Under the pieces are notes generated by a model, which ran no database searches, was not told the origin of the DNA, and worked only from the letters and a program-made list of their open reading frames with translations. From Laetmonice hystrix (taxonomy: Eukaryota), in the NCBI GenBank assembly GCA_965235115.1, contig OZ249436.1:48424001-48488000 (forward strand): DNA of 64,000 nt, written 5' to 3'. A program made the position numbers and the translations under genes. This document shows positions 36,949 through 49,560 of this stretch, piece by piece; position 1 is the first letter of the stretch, and each line of letters opens with the position of its first letter.

Positions 36949-37593
36949 CATAGGGCCTATATATAGGGGCCTATATATGCAATATTGCAAAACTATAGGC
37001 CTATATCAAGGCAGGACTAGTTTCTTTACAATATTGCACACCGAGTCAAAGACAACTATGGTATAGAGGGGTCTAGGCCTATAGGCATATAGTAGGGCCC
37101 GGGCCTAGAGATCTATTTTTTCTGTTGTTTTGTTGTTGTTTTCTTTCTTTTTTTGGGGGGGGGGGGGGGACCAGGGTGTCCCAAGGGGGTGGGGTCGAGT
37201 TCTGTTTAATTTTCGAAATTAATTTAGTCAATTAGGCCTAGGCCTATAATGTTTTGGCCTTGAAGTGTTCCTTATTACTGTTCCATCAAAAGCATAGGCC
37301 CTAGCTTGCAGGATCCGCCCCTGCATCACATGATGCCGTCAGCAATCCAAGAAGTCAGAATTAGGCCTCATGCTGTTTGAATTAACGAGGTATGACCGCG
37401 TGTATTAAAACCCATGGTAAACCACCTGCAGATTCTTGGAATTAATCTGCTCCGACCACGTGGCAGGTGCCGGCGTTCGTCAAGATGTGAAACAGCCCCC
37501 TAGCGGCGGCGGCGACGACAGGCGCAGCGTGGCCAGCAGGGGGCAGCAGCAGCAGCGAGCGGTGACGGCGGCAGAGTGGGATCATACCTCACG

Positions 37594-40500
37594 ATGAGTG
37601 TGTCAGGGCCAGGGAGCGGTGTCAGCCAGTATCACCCGGTCCCACGGATCGAGGAGGAACCAGAAACCGAGACCTCCCTCATCACCCAACCCGCTAAACT
37701 GCTCGCCGTCGACTTCTGGCCGCAGTGTGTCAACTCGGCCTCGGGACAGTTTGCCCAAGCCGCCTTCGACAGGTTTGAGTAAGTAGGCCTATAGTCCCGG
37801 ACTGTCCTGTATAACTACGCCTTTTGGCGCTCATTAAAGGCCGACCTGCCGACCGGCCCAGTACCTACAGTGTTGTTACCCGGTGATAAGGTATATAGTT
37901 TTGTTATACAACGTAGGCCTACCATAAAAGACACTGGATCTAGGCCTATAGATCTACGTCTCTAGATGCCTATAGGCCCTATAGGCCTAAGGTTAGATTA
38001 TAGAAAATAGGTAGCTAGGTAGCCTATATATAGGTATGAATTTGCATATATTTCAGTACGTTACTTCCCCGAGCAAACGCCTGGCTGCGGGAACGTGTGA
38101 ACATCGACATTGTCAAGTGTGAGACGCTGGAAAAGAAACTCTGGTCTCCACACCAGGTGGCGGACATCGACACAGTATTTGACGACCCAACAGACAATGT
38201 CCCATTGTTCTATCTCAAAGGCCTCAGGTATAGGATCTGATTAATATAAACCGCTTGATAATAATAATCTCGAAGTTTTCAGTTTATTGCATGCAGAATT
38301 CAGGCCTGTGGGAATTGCTGCAAAAGGCATTCTTGATAGATTGTTATAGTGACTGGTGGCGCCGCCTGGAGTGTAGAGATGGCGATAAAGCCTCTTTCTG
38401 GATTCCCGCGAACCCCTCACGCACGTGTCGCCATGCAGTTAAAGTTATTATTGCAACAGTAGAATATGACAGGGATATCCTAGTACAGTTTCGAGCTCCT
38501 TTTTTCTTGTCAATTTCTGTTTGAAGTGGTTGGGCAGTTTAATTAGCCCCCTTTCCCGAACGAAAGATACTTTCTCCTCAGCCGAGGTGGAGGGGCTTGA
38601 TGATAAATTGTCAGAATTATTAGTAGAGATTAGATCTAACATTAGAAGCAGAGTACTGTTCTTTGCATTTTACAGAAGAGCGACTGGAGACAAACGATTT
38701 TTTCTGTGATAATTTGTAAGGATTGTTTTGAAAGCAGAGAGATTAGCTGGAAGATGTTATATTTTCCCCTCCAGGATATGGTACAGTGAGGTACAGAAGA
38801 AGAAGCGGAGTCATGCCTTACAGATTGGCTACCGTAACAAATTACCGAGATGTATTGATGTGACACAAAAGTTCCCCGTCTATGAGGAGCTGGGACCCAT
38901 GTACGCCTCACTCAATGACGAGATCATTGATTGTCCACTTGAAGGTTGGTAAAATGGTTTTTGAGGTGTTCCTTGTCCATAATAACAACGTTATCTATTT
39001 TCTAGTATGTTGACATTACTAAAGTACATGTACTGGAAATCTATTGAGAGTAATGCCTAAAGAAATCTGTAACTGGGAAGAATATCAAAGTGCATATTTA
39101 GATACCTTCTATATCTACATAAATTAGGCTTTAGGCTTTCAGTATATAATAACGGGAGTTTTTTTTAACATATATTCCATTAAAATACTAGATCCCGAGT
39201 AATTAGGAAGTGTACTGTATGACCCCAGGTGACATCATCACCATGGAGACGGTGTGCCTTCGCCTGGACCGTACGACGTGGAGTGGGCCGGCCGTAGAGC
39301 CTGACGTCACGTTCTGGCCCATGACGCCCAAACAACATTATCTCTTCTTTACCAGGATATTTTATCACTTTGAGTGTCCGCGATACGAACAAGTCGGTAA
39401 GAGGGATGTCAGCATTATCGAAACTGATGTATGCACTTTTGGAACGTAACATGTGTTGAAATATGTAGGCCTAAAGTAAAATGAAGTAGGCCTATAAGAA
39501 AATGATTCATTCTTACCTTATATGCAAGACAAAATTTTGAAAAAGTATTGTATTTCGGTGGTAAGTAACGACTTAACGTCATATAATCATATTGGTATAT
39601 AAAAATGCTAAGTGGCAAAGGTTTTGCCTTTTTACCACATTTTGCAAGTATACGGTTTACTTTCAGGTGCTGCTGACTTTCTACCTGACTTTGTTGAAGA
39701 TGAAGGCCCTCAGAAGTCGGGGCTACCGCATTATACCACATTGCCTGCTATTATGAATAAGTTGAATATCTGGCTGAAACAGGTGAAGGTGAGTCGGCCT
39801 CCCGAAGTAGTTATGTCGAATTAGATGGAAGAAAAACTGCAGGTAATAAATGTGCAAAAAAACGGACTGAAGGGGTTGTGAGAGTTGGTGCGTGGTCGGG
39901 TTTTGTAAAACACAAAAGGGGATGCCCCCTCCCTACCCACTCCCGTCGATGGTTGATGTCCTGGTTGTCATGGTTGCAGGATATCCGTGTCACAAATCTC
40001 CAGTGCCTGGAGGCAGCGTTCCAGGGGAAGCCAGGTAGGTCGATCACAGCCCACCTCCAGTTAATCCTCAATATATATCTCTTCATTTTTTAATTATCTA
40101 ATTTTCCCCATGTTTCCGATTCACAATAATAGAAATCACACCAATCTCTCCGACAGATAAGGTGCGGACAAATCAGAACTTCATATGTAAGGCGGACACC
40201 ATGCCCATGGTTCGCTTTGTCCGGGTGGCGTACGCCCGACCCAAGTTTGGCCTGCCCCCTGGTGGCCTCTACGTGCCTCGCATCCTGAGTCAAAGGACGT
40301 TTGTGGCAACAATGACGTCACAGAAAGACGGCCGCGTGGAGGCTGAAACCATGGCAACCTTGTGGGAGAAGGTCAAGGCCTGGGTCAACCATGTTGGTGA
40401 GTTCAGAATATATGAAATGAAATATTATATACAAGGGCGGATCCAGGATTTAAAAAAAAGTGTGAGAAAGTTGGAAAGTAGAGAGTACATTGAAAAAAGG

Positions 40501-42278
40501 TCAAAGGTGAAGAAAATGTAATAGAAATGAAGAACCTTGGCACAAAAACTGGGGGTTGATTTGAAGGTATATTGTTTATTATAGACCTAATAAAGTTATT
40601 TCTATATGCGTCGATTCTGTACAACACGGTCGCAACTAAAGATATTAAAGGCTCAGTCGACAATGCATGGTATTTTTTCCAAATTAACCAAGTTAAAAAG
40701 GTAGTAATTTCCTTCAGAACAACCGGTGTTGAGTATGGAGTTGATAGGCCACCCGCTGCCACTACTCCTGAAGAAAAGGGACAATGGGGAGAGCACGGTG
40801 ACAGTTGGGGAATGGCGCCCGGCACTAGAGGGTGATAAGGGCGACATGATGCAGCCGACAGCCCAGGCCATCTGTATCAGGTAAGCTATATGGTGCAGCC
40901 AACAGCCCAGGCCATCTATATCATGTAAGCCATGGTGCAGCCGACAGTCCAGGCCATCTGTATCAGGTAAGCCATGGTGCAGCCGACAGTCCAGGCCATC
41001 TGTATCAGGTAAGCCATGGTGCAGCCAACAGCCCAGGCCATCTGCATCAGGTAAGCCATGGTGCAGTCGACAGCCCAGGCCATCTGTATCAGGTAAGCCA
41101 TGGTGCAGCCAACAGCCCAGGTCATCTGTATCAGGTAAGCCATGGTGCAGCCAACAGCCCAGGTCATCTGTATCAGGTAAGCCATGGTGCAGCCGACAGC
41201 CCAGGTCATCTGTATCAGGTAAGCCATGGTGCAGCCAACAGTCCAGGCCACCTGGATCAGGTAAGCCATGGTGCAGCCAACAGCCCAGGCCATCTGCATC
41301 AGGTAAGCCATGGTGCAGTCGACAGCCCAGGCCATCTGTATCAGGTAAGCCATGGTGCAGCCAACAGCCCAGGTCATCTGTATCAGGTAAGCCATGGTGC
41401 AGCCGACAGCCCAGGTCATCTGTATCAAGTAAGCCATGGTGCAGCCAACAGCCCAGGCCATCTGTATCAGGTAAGCCATGGTGCAGCCGACAGCCCAGGT
41501 CATCTGTGTCAGGTAAGCCATGGTGCAGCCAACAGCCCAGGCCATCTGCAGTTAAGCCATATAGTGCAGCCGACAGCCCAGGTCATCTGTATCAGGTAAG
41601 CCATGGTGCAGCCGACAGCCCAGGTCATATGTATCAGGTAAGCCATGGTGCAGCCAACAGCCCAGGCCATCTGTATCAGGTAAGCTATGGTGCAGCCAAC
41701 AGGCCAGGCCATCAGTATCAAGTAAGCTATGGTGCAGTCAACAGCCCAGGCCATCTCTATCAGGTAAGCTATGGTGCAGCCAACAGCCCAGGCCATCTGT
41801 ATCAGGTCATGGTGCAGCCGACAGCCCAGACCATCTGTATCAGGTCATGGTGCAGCCGACAGCCCAGACCATCTGTATCAGGTGCATGCATGTTGCAGTC
41901 TGCGTGAGGTAAGGATGTCCACTGCTGATGATGAATTTTGTTAACAGGACCCTGCGTCCTATAGATCTACTGCAGTGCGTCGAGTATAGGGACCTACAGT
42001 ACATGTTTTTCAATATACGCCTGGCTAAAGGGATGTTTATCTGAGGCAGGCTGTATTGAAATAAAACAAAGATCAACTTTTACATGTAGGTTATTTTGAT
42101 TTATCAGACAGGGTCGGTAAGAGTGAGTGTGAATAATGTCTTGGAACATTGCGGCTAACGTCCTTTCTCTCCCTCCTTCAGACTCTACCTGGATGGTGTT
42201 TACCTCGAGCCACCGGAAGAGGTCATCCGGGGTTCACTCGAACCGGAGGCTGTCAAGGATTGCTGCAGTTTGCTCTGA
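37594..42278 (+). CDS. Uncharacterised 456-aa protein with four internal ~100-aa repeats and a C-terminal CaaX box (CCSLL*)
   Basis: Exons 37594-37778, 38057-38227, 38775-38944, 39229-39396, 39667-39788, 39980-40034, 40157-40396, 40718-40880 and 42182-42278; all GT-AG, phase-consistent, 1371 nt without an internal stop. Confidence 0.85.
40847..41885 (+). repeat. 42-bp minisatellite, about 25 units, each containing an exon end plus 5' splice site
   Basis: Unit atggtgcagccaacagcccaggccatctgtatcag|gtaagcc; the first unit overlaps the end of exon 8 (donor at 40880/40881). Confidence 0.97.
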
Positions 42279-44858
42279 CCCTCACCTGCCCTGCCCGCCA
42301 GGGGGCGGTCAGAGCAGTCCAGTCCGGCTCCAGACACAGAGCCGCTCGGCCCCGAGTAGGGCCGTGCCTATCGGAATCAGCGGCCAGGGCGACAGTTGCC
42401 TCTCCAGTTTTACTAGAAAAGTGCCCTTTTTGAAAAGAAGGTATTATTTCCTTTAAAATGATAATTGATTTCTCCGAAGGTTTCAATTGTTATCGTCCGG
42501 AATAACGCCCCCTGCAGATCCCGGCCGCCCCGGACCATGTCATGATCTCTAGTGTTTCCCAATACCGCCCCTATGACCGGAGTTGGGAATGAGAACCAGG
42601 TCAACAGGGAGTGACCACACAGGGGAATACATGGGCTAGAGAAAGTTTATACATGTACCGTAGTTATTCTGTTCACCTCTACATCAGAACATCTGTATAT
42701 AAATTGAACGCTCATTCCAAAGATATTGTTTATGCCTATTTTTATTTTTATTTACTTTGGTTTGTAAAAAGTTGAAATAAATTTAAGATATCGTATTGAC
42801 GAGAAGATATACTCAGGTGGATCTGGACACAAAATTAGTTAGTCGATAATAAAACCAATGGCAGGTAGGCATCATTTGTTATCCGCATTGACTGTAATAC
42901 ATGACGAACTGTAAATCGAGCATTACGAGTGTGGGTTTTAACTGACCTAATCAAATCTGGTAGGAGGCACCGGCACCAAATATAGGTCTGTTGATGCACT
43001 GCACTGCATCTCGTTCATAAAATTATGTCTACAAAATATTTGCAATTTCCCTAAAACGAGTGATTAAAGTAGGCCTTTTTCATTAAGTCGGTGTGGTCCG
43101 TTTGCCCAAGCTGAACTGTTGTATTGCTACACAGCCTGTCTAATTTGAAAACTATATAACCTAAGAAAAAATCGCAGTTGTATGTGTATACTGCATATAC
43201 CTTTTACGTGCAGACCTGCTATGTTGTCAATGGCAATCAGAATTTCACGCCATACAGACTCTAACTTATAAGTTCGAACTGTGATTTTCAGGGATCAACG
43301 CCTGTGGTATAAGGTAATTTAACCCATTAGCATATTGTATCTGCAATTTATAGTACAACTGAATCGGTGAAATACACCTATATTGTAAATATTGCATTAC
43401 CGGTACTTACTTCTGTTGTTAAAGTATGGTAACTTAGTGCGGACCTTATTTTGGATATACTCCCGTGTTCAATAGTTCAGAATCTAACCGACACTGAACA
43501 ATAAGAGAGCACCGAGTGTAATTTTGTGATTTCAGCCAGGTGTCTGCATGGCTGTCATTAGAAAACTTACAGAACGGAACGTAGAACACGAGTTCGACTT
43601 TTTTCACTGATGAAAAAACATCCAGATGCCCTACCTCATGATGCTATGAACATTTCTTACATTTCTGGGTCGTCACTCCGGATTCTATGCGTACAAATGA
43701 AGGCAATAACATGAGAATCTCAACTTAGGGGTAGGGAGTATATTTCTACACTCTTGCTTAGGACTGTACTTGTACTTGTATTACAAGACAGGTGCATTGA
43801 CTCTGTATAAATATTTAACCAACCACTTGTGATGCGAATTCCAGAAACGTATTTTATTGTGATCACGGGTACAGTCACTGAACTTTATAACTTTACACGC
43901 TTCCCACTTTGGTCTCATATTCTTCAATGTACACTTTGTAACGTGTATACCATATTGATATTAATTCAGCTTAAACTTTAAAACTATATGCTAAAATCAT
44001 ATACAAAGTGAATAAAAGACGTCATTTTGAACTATTGTGTATTGTATGCCTCTAATCGTCTTGTACAATGATAAAGAATAAAAACGATTCCGAGATGGGT
44101 ATTAGGCCTAGTCTCTATATTCTCTATATTTTCAAAGGTCTACCTACTAACCTGGCTACAGGTGCAGCACCAGGGCTCCTTTGCAACAAAGTCTTTTTTT
44201 ATATATCATGTACCCTGTTCTCCTTTCTCAACTTGAATCAACTTTCTTTTACCCTTGAAACGGGTTCCCTTTCTACAAAGAGAAAATCTTTCTGCGACTT
44301 CTGTGTTGGTGGAGGGCAGTGGGTGCGTTCAGTATCGCAGTGCCACAAAACGTTGGGCCTTTTAGCCTGTGAAGTTTGGTAACGTTTTCTAACGTTTTAT
44401 GAGGATACCTGCAATTGAACGCACCCCTGGAGGTGAAAACAACCGTCACCACATCACACTGCCCGTGACCTTTCCATAGACCTATAACAATCTGTTTAGG
44501 TCTATGACCTTTCATACTCAGCGCTAGTCTATGAGAGGATGCATGGTGACCTATCACACAGGTCTCTAAGATCTACAATAAAAGTCCTACCATTCTAACC
44601 AGTACCCAATATAAACCCATTCCACCCTGCCCTATGGCCTGAAAACATTTGTCTTTTCTCTGTGCACTTTCTTACAATTCTAGGTCGCCTCTCCTCTCCT
44701 CGTACAGCTCACTGCTATCATTGTGAGTAAATAACACATGGAATGATCCAAGGGTGATATGTAATTTGCACCTTCCACTCGGCTTTTCAGGCACTCACAA
44801 CACCTCTGCATAGTATTTTGCTACTTGATAAGTATCACCGTTCTTGCTCAATGCTCGA

Positions 44859-47800
44859 TTATTTGGTCATGTAGAAGGCAGCACCCCCTCCTGGTTTGGT
44901 CGAGAAGAGAGCCTCGTGCAGCTTGGCCTCCCTGGCCGCAGTTTTCATGTAGAACCCCTTGGTGACCTTGTCGATGAAGGTCTCAAGGTCGTCGGCTTGG
45001 ATCAGGGAGACTGCACAGCCTCCCCAACCTGCCCCCGTCAACCGTGACCCAAGCGCTCCAGACTGCCTGAAAATAGACCCAAATATACACATTATCCTTT
45101 AGATAGTTTGTTGTTTAATTGGGGGACACCAAGGTGTAAGGTCAAGATGTCCTCTTGGAAATATGCCCTTGATGTTGAATAACTGCCACGGATAATGGCA
45201 CAATTCCTGTCATAATCTACACTGTACCTAGGCGTCAAATCTATGTGTTAAATCAATGTAAATGCAGAATTAAATGCAAAAGTTGAATGGGTCACAGACC
45301 TCATTCCATGAACTAAAACTGTATACTTACATACAAAGGTTGGTGAGCTCATCCAGATCTTCACTGCTGCACTCATATAGATCACGACAACTTTCATGAC
45401 TGGCCTTCATCATGGAACCAAGCTGGGTCAAAGCATCAGTTGGATTCTCATCACAGATACGCTTGAATTCCCACACCCTATTCGCCTCACTGTATACGTG
45501 GAGAGCTCTGTTTTGTAGCTTGAAAGTTTCAACTAGAACATAAAGGTTTTAAAACGTGAATTTTTTACAGGGGAGATGGAAGGACTTTATCTCCAATGTG
45601 CAAGGGCATCAGGGGTGACCCAGTTCACTTTCACAATGTCCGGAAAGTGAAAATTGTATAGCACCCTACTGGAATCGAACCTCGCCCCAGGATTACTGCA
45701 CTCATTTGCATAGCATGTGTTTGAGCAAGTGGGAGCGTGAGCGACTGTATGGGTAAGCTTGTTTTAGGTGCAAAATACATAATTAATAATGATTGTATAA
45801 AGACTTAAGTCAGGAATGGTCCCCTCCCCCCCCCCCGAGTCCCAAATCCCTAATAATTTTTCCATAAGCTTTTGAAAAGGAAACAATCTTATGTTCAGAC
45901 CTTTCAGAGCAGTTACAACCATTCAGTTTGTTACATGATTCATTTTTCCTTGCTGCTTACCATCAAAGCTTTTTTCACTTAAGCTGATGCTGTTCAGTTG
46001 TTCTTGAGTTACTCCAAGAATGTCGCAAATCTCGAGCTTGGTGTATGGCTCCTTGTGAAGTTTCTCAGACACAAGGGCCACCATGTCTTGAAGCTTCAGC
46101 TGGAGTTGGTTTTGCACATCAAGAAGCCTCTTGACTGTCTTCCATTCGAATCCATGCAGCTTAGCCAACACCTGTCTCAGACAACATTACACATTTACCA
46201 ATTTCAGTTTCATAATTGGCCCTGTCGGACAACCACAGATTCTGACTTCTGTGAATTTATATTCTTATACATGTATTTGAACATTTTTGAGTGATTTATT
46301 TATGGTCTTACTGCAGATTGGTGGAGAAGGTACTTAGAAAGAGGTTGAATTCAAAACATTTGACTATAAATCCATCATGTTGATGAGCAATAAAAAGGTC
46401 TCAATATACCACGCTGAGTCTGTATGGCAGATAATGAGATACATTGTTAGTTTCAATAGAGCCAGTGTATCTATAACTAAAGTTTTCATTTGTGAACACG
46501 GAGCAGTTTGATTGTTCTGTACAGGTGTTAGCCACAGTAGATCAGGTGGCCAGAGGAGAACTGCCCCCACCATGTCTTATGGGGAAAAGAATTAGCAGGA
46601 CAGGATAAATGAAGAAGAGAGAGATATATTCAAAAAAGGAAAGGAAAATCATAACTCTCCTTTATTAATAAGGTATTTTAATCAGGGTTAATTTGGAAGC
46701 ATATTATAATGGTTACAATTTTTATGAACCCAGATCTAAAGGTCAGACTCCCATCACTCTGTGGGTTGGAAGAAGATGCACCCATTGATGTCTGTTAAGT
46801 ACCTGTGCTGCCAGTTTACACTCAGCTACGCGGATATTAAAGTGTGATGTCGCAGCCTTGTTGATCTCCTGGCAACAGTTACTGACGATGAACACAGAGC
46901 CATCTGGGAGCTCGACGTCAGTGGTACGGATGGGATTGAACTCAATCAACTTGGCCTGGAAAAAGATAGTGTGGTTCTATGAAAAGTGCTTAATAGAATA
47001 AAGAGCTAACACTGGTACATCTTATGATCATTTTCATATAACTACCGTAATTTTACGAGTATATGCTGTGGCAAGGGAAAAACATGCTCAAATATGTATC
47101 AGTTAGACGCTGTGCCAGAATGGCCATAGTGTGAAAAGTAGATGTCTATGTGCCAGTGTCACCATCACCTCCCATTGTTAATCAGGCCGATGCTGTACCT
47201 GGGCATTGAAAACATTGTTGTAGTCAGCATATAAACAACAGATGTTATGATGCATGTGGCCATGTATAAGCCACACCCCTGATTTATGATCAATTTGAAG
47301 AGGAAAAAAGTGTGGCATATACACGGAAAATTACGGTAAATAATAACCAAATTCATAGCATGCTTTTAGATGCCAGATCTTGTTTATTTTGTGATATTAT
47401 GATCTATCAAAGTTTATCCTCTCATGATCAAAGGAGAATGATAACTTCATACTGTCCCAGGTTCAGCCAGCAAAGATATGGCTTGGTCCATTCCGCCTCC
47501 CTCCGTTCCAATGAAATGTTCACAGTGCTGACAAACTTCAGCCAGTTCCAACTGAATCAATGATTGGGGAAAATAGGTCAAGCAGTGGGAAATGACAGCC
47601 AAATATTACGTCAAAGACAGATAAAAATCATTTCAAGGAAGGACAAATTTCAGTCAACTACCACAGGAACATACAGCTGAGCCTGTACATTATGAATATT
47701 GAGTCCATGACAAAATGTAATTGAATAGAATTTTGGAAAAATTGTAAAATGGAATTTGCCTGAAAAAGTAGAACAGAATTTTGAATTAAAGACTTTTGGA

Positions 47801-49399
47801 CAAAGGAATTTGTCAATATATAATGTGGAATCTGTGGGGCTCTATAGATTATCAATATGTACTTTACCTTTGATGGCACTTTTCCATTACATCTGCTGGT
47901 TGCCAAAGCAGCACAGCAGACCAGAGCACTTGAACTAGACAGGCCTGCACTCCTCGGAACAGTGCCATCTAGGAGGATTTCCATGCCTTTTGGGGATTGT
48001 AGGTCATAATGCTCTACAATGCCTCGGTAACCACAAAGAAAGTAGTGATGCCATAATGGTATTTTCTTGTCTATCACGAAATCTCTGGTCTTGCAAGTGT
48101 AATCACTGCAATAACCAAGCCACAGTTAGGTTACCAATTGCTTCAAACCCAAGAATACAGAATACATGCATGCATACATACACAAACCAAAATTACCCCA
48201 CCAAAAATATCACCAGTTTAAGATTAACGAAGACTACCTTTTTTTATACACCCAGTCTTTTACTGCCATAAGATTATTATTATACCTGTAATCTGACTGT
48301 TTGGTATTCGCCAGTTTTATGGTGTCAGTGTCATTGAAATGAGCTGCAATGACAATGTCCTGTTCTATGGCCATCGGTAGTACAGCATAACCACAGTAAT
48401 CAATATGTTCACCTGAAATGAAATATTGAGCATTCAGTTTTATCTTTAAATCTCATGAATTCTAAATCTTATAAATAGGTTGTATATTAGCATCCTACTC
48501 CAGGTCATATTTTCATAGTTTCTTACACACGTATGGGATATCTATCCTAGCAGATGAAGAATTTTTAGAGAAGCCGAATGTCAAGAAATATAACATTTAG
48601 ATTTTACTACTTTGAGGTAACAAATGATCCACTCACCGATCAAGTTCACTCGGCCAGGGGAGCGGCAGTAGAATGTTGGCGACTTGCCATATTTTTCTTC
48701 AAATATTTGTTTGATCTTGTCATACCTTAGAAATACAACAATTTTCTCACATCATGGAAAATAGGAATAGGCCTATATCATATCATATGGGTAGGAGATA
48801 GGCACAGCCACAGAATCAATCTAAAAAAATCACTATCACTCGTGGCTGATATCTGTAGGCCTAGCTATCATACTTGATTCACCATTATCAGTCATGCTGA
48901 CATATATGATATAAATTATCATGCTATTAATATTCTATGCGGCTATCTATGCCATGCCTATGACAACAGTTATCGCATCGGCAGTAGGTTTTTGTTTGTG
49001 TGTGGAAACGCCCACTCACTGTTAATGAACATTATACTATTCACAGAACACTTTTGAACAGGCTAATAGTAATACTATGCCCTATATAGGCGTATCACTT
49101 CCAAAATACGGCGGAGGGGCTCGGTTGCTCTTCCAGCACGTCTACAACCACCCAATGCGCGGGCCATATGCAATGGCAATGTTTCCACACTGAACTGAAC
49201 AGTCTGAGCGAAGCCGAAGCAAGGCAGCTTCGTCGGTTTACTGAACAGCTTGTCAGCCGTTACAGAAGGGGTCCAAGTAACTCAGCAACGCATAATCATA
49301 CAATGTTACATATGTCCCCCTTCATTCTAACAGATTTAAACTCTCTTACCGTGTGTTTTGGTGCGCTGGCACGTTCTCAAAAACCGGCACAGTCGCCAT
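44859..49399 (-). CDS. GALK2: N-acetylgalactosamine kinase (GHMP kinase family), 9 exons
   Basis: Exons 49399-49350, 48725-48637, 48412-48286, 48089-47868, 47551-47453, 46955-46803, 46171-45961, 45532-45331 and 45066-44859. Motifs [75 protein letters not shown] and [15 protein letters not shown]. Confidence 0.95.
47043..47338. mobile_element. Internally deleted, older copy of the TA-flanked pogo/Tc1-mariner-type MITE
   Basis: TA|ccgtaattttacgagtata ... tatacacggaaaattacgg|TA; aligns in reverse orientation to 57221-57897. Confidence 0.8.
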
Positions 49400-49560
49400 T
49401 TTGACCACGTTGATCATGTGATATCGAAAGTAGGCCACGCCTCTCTGGCTGGTTCCCTGCTCCGAGTATTCCACCGAGAGGGGGCGCCATGCTCTGCAGC
49501 TTTCCTCTCTTCTCGGCAGATGTCGCTTTCAAGGCCGTTGTCCACCATGTTGAAATAAAC
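49400..49560. promoter_or_regulatory. Compact bidirectional promoter between GALK2 and MRPS30
   Basis: Divergent ATGs 161 bp apart; aaaatggcg (YY1-like) at the GALK2 start; CTCF-like ccgagagggggcgc at ~49474. Confidence 0.7.

Noticed and set aside
40916..41796. 209-aa and 95-aa minus-strand ORFs of (MAWAVGCTMAYLIQ)n
   Set aside because: By-product of a 42-bp (multiple of 3) minisatellite whose unit derives from a plus-strand exon end; no independent gene signals
40847..41885. CRISPR-like array
   Set aside because: Units are head-to-tail with no unique spacers; eukaryotic context with no cas genes
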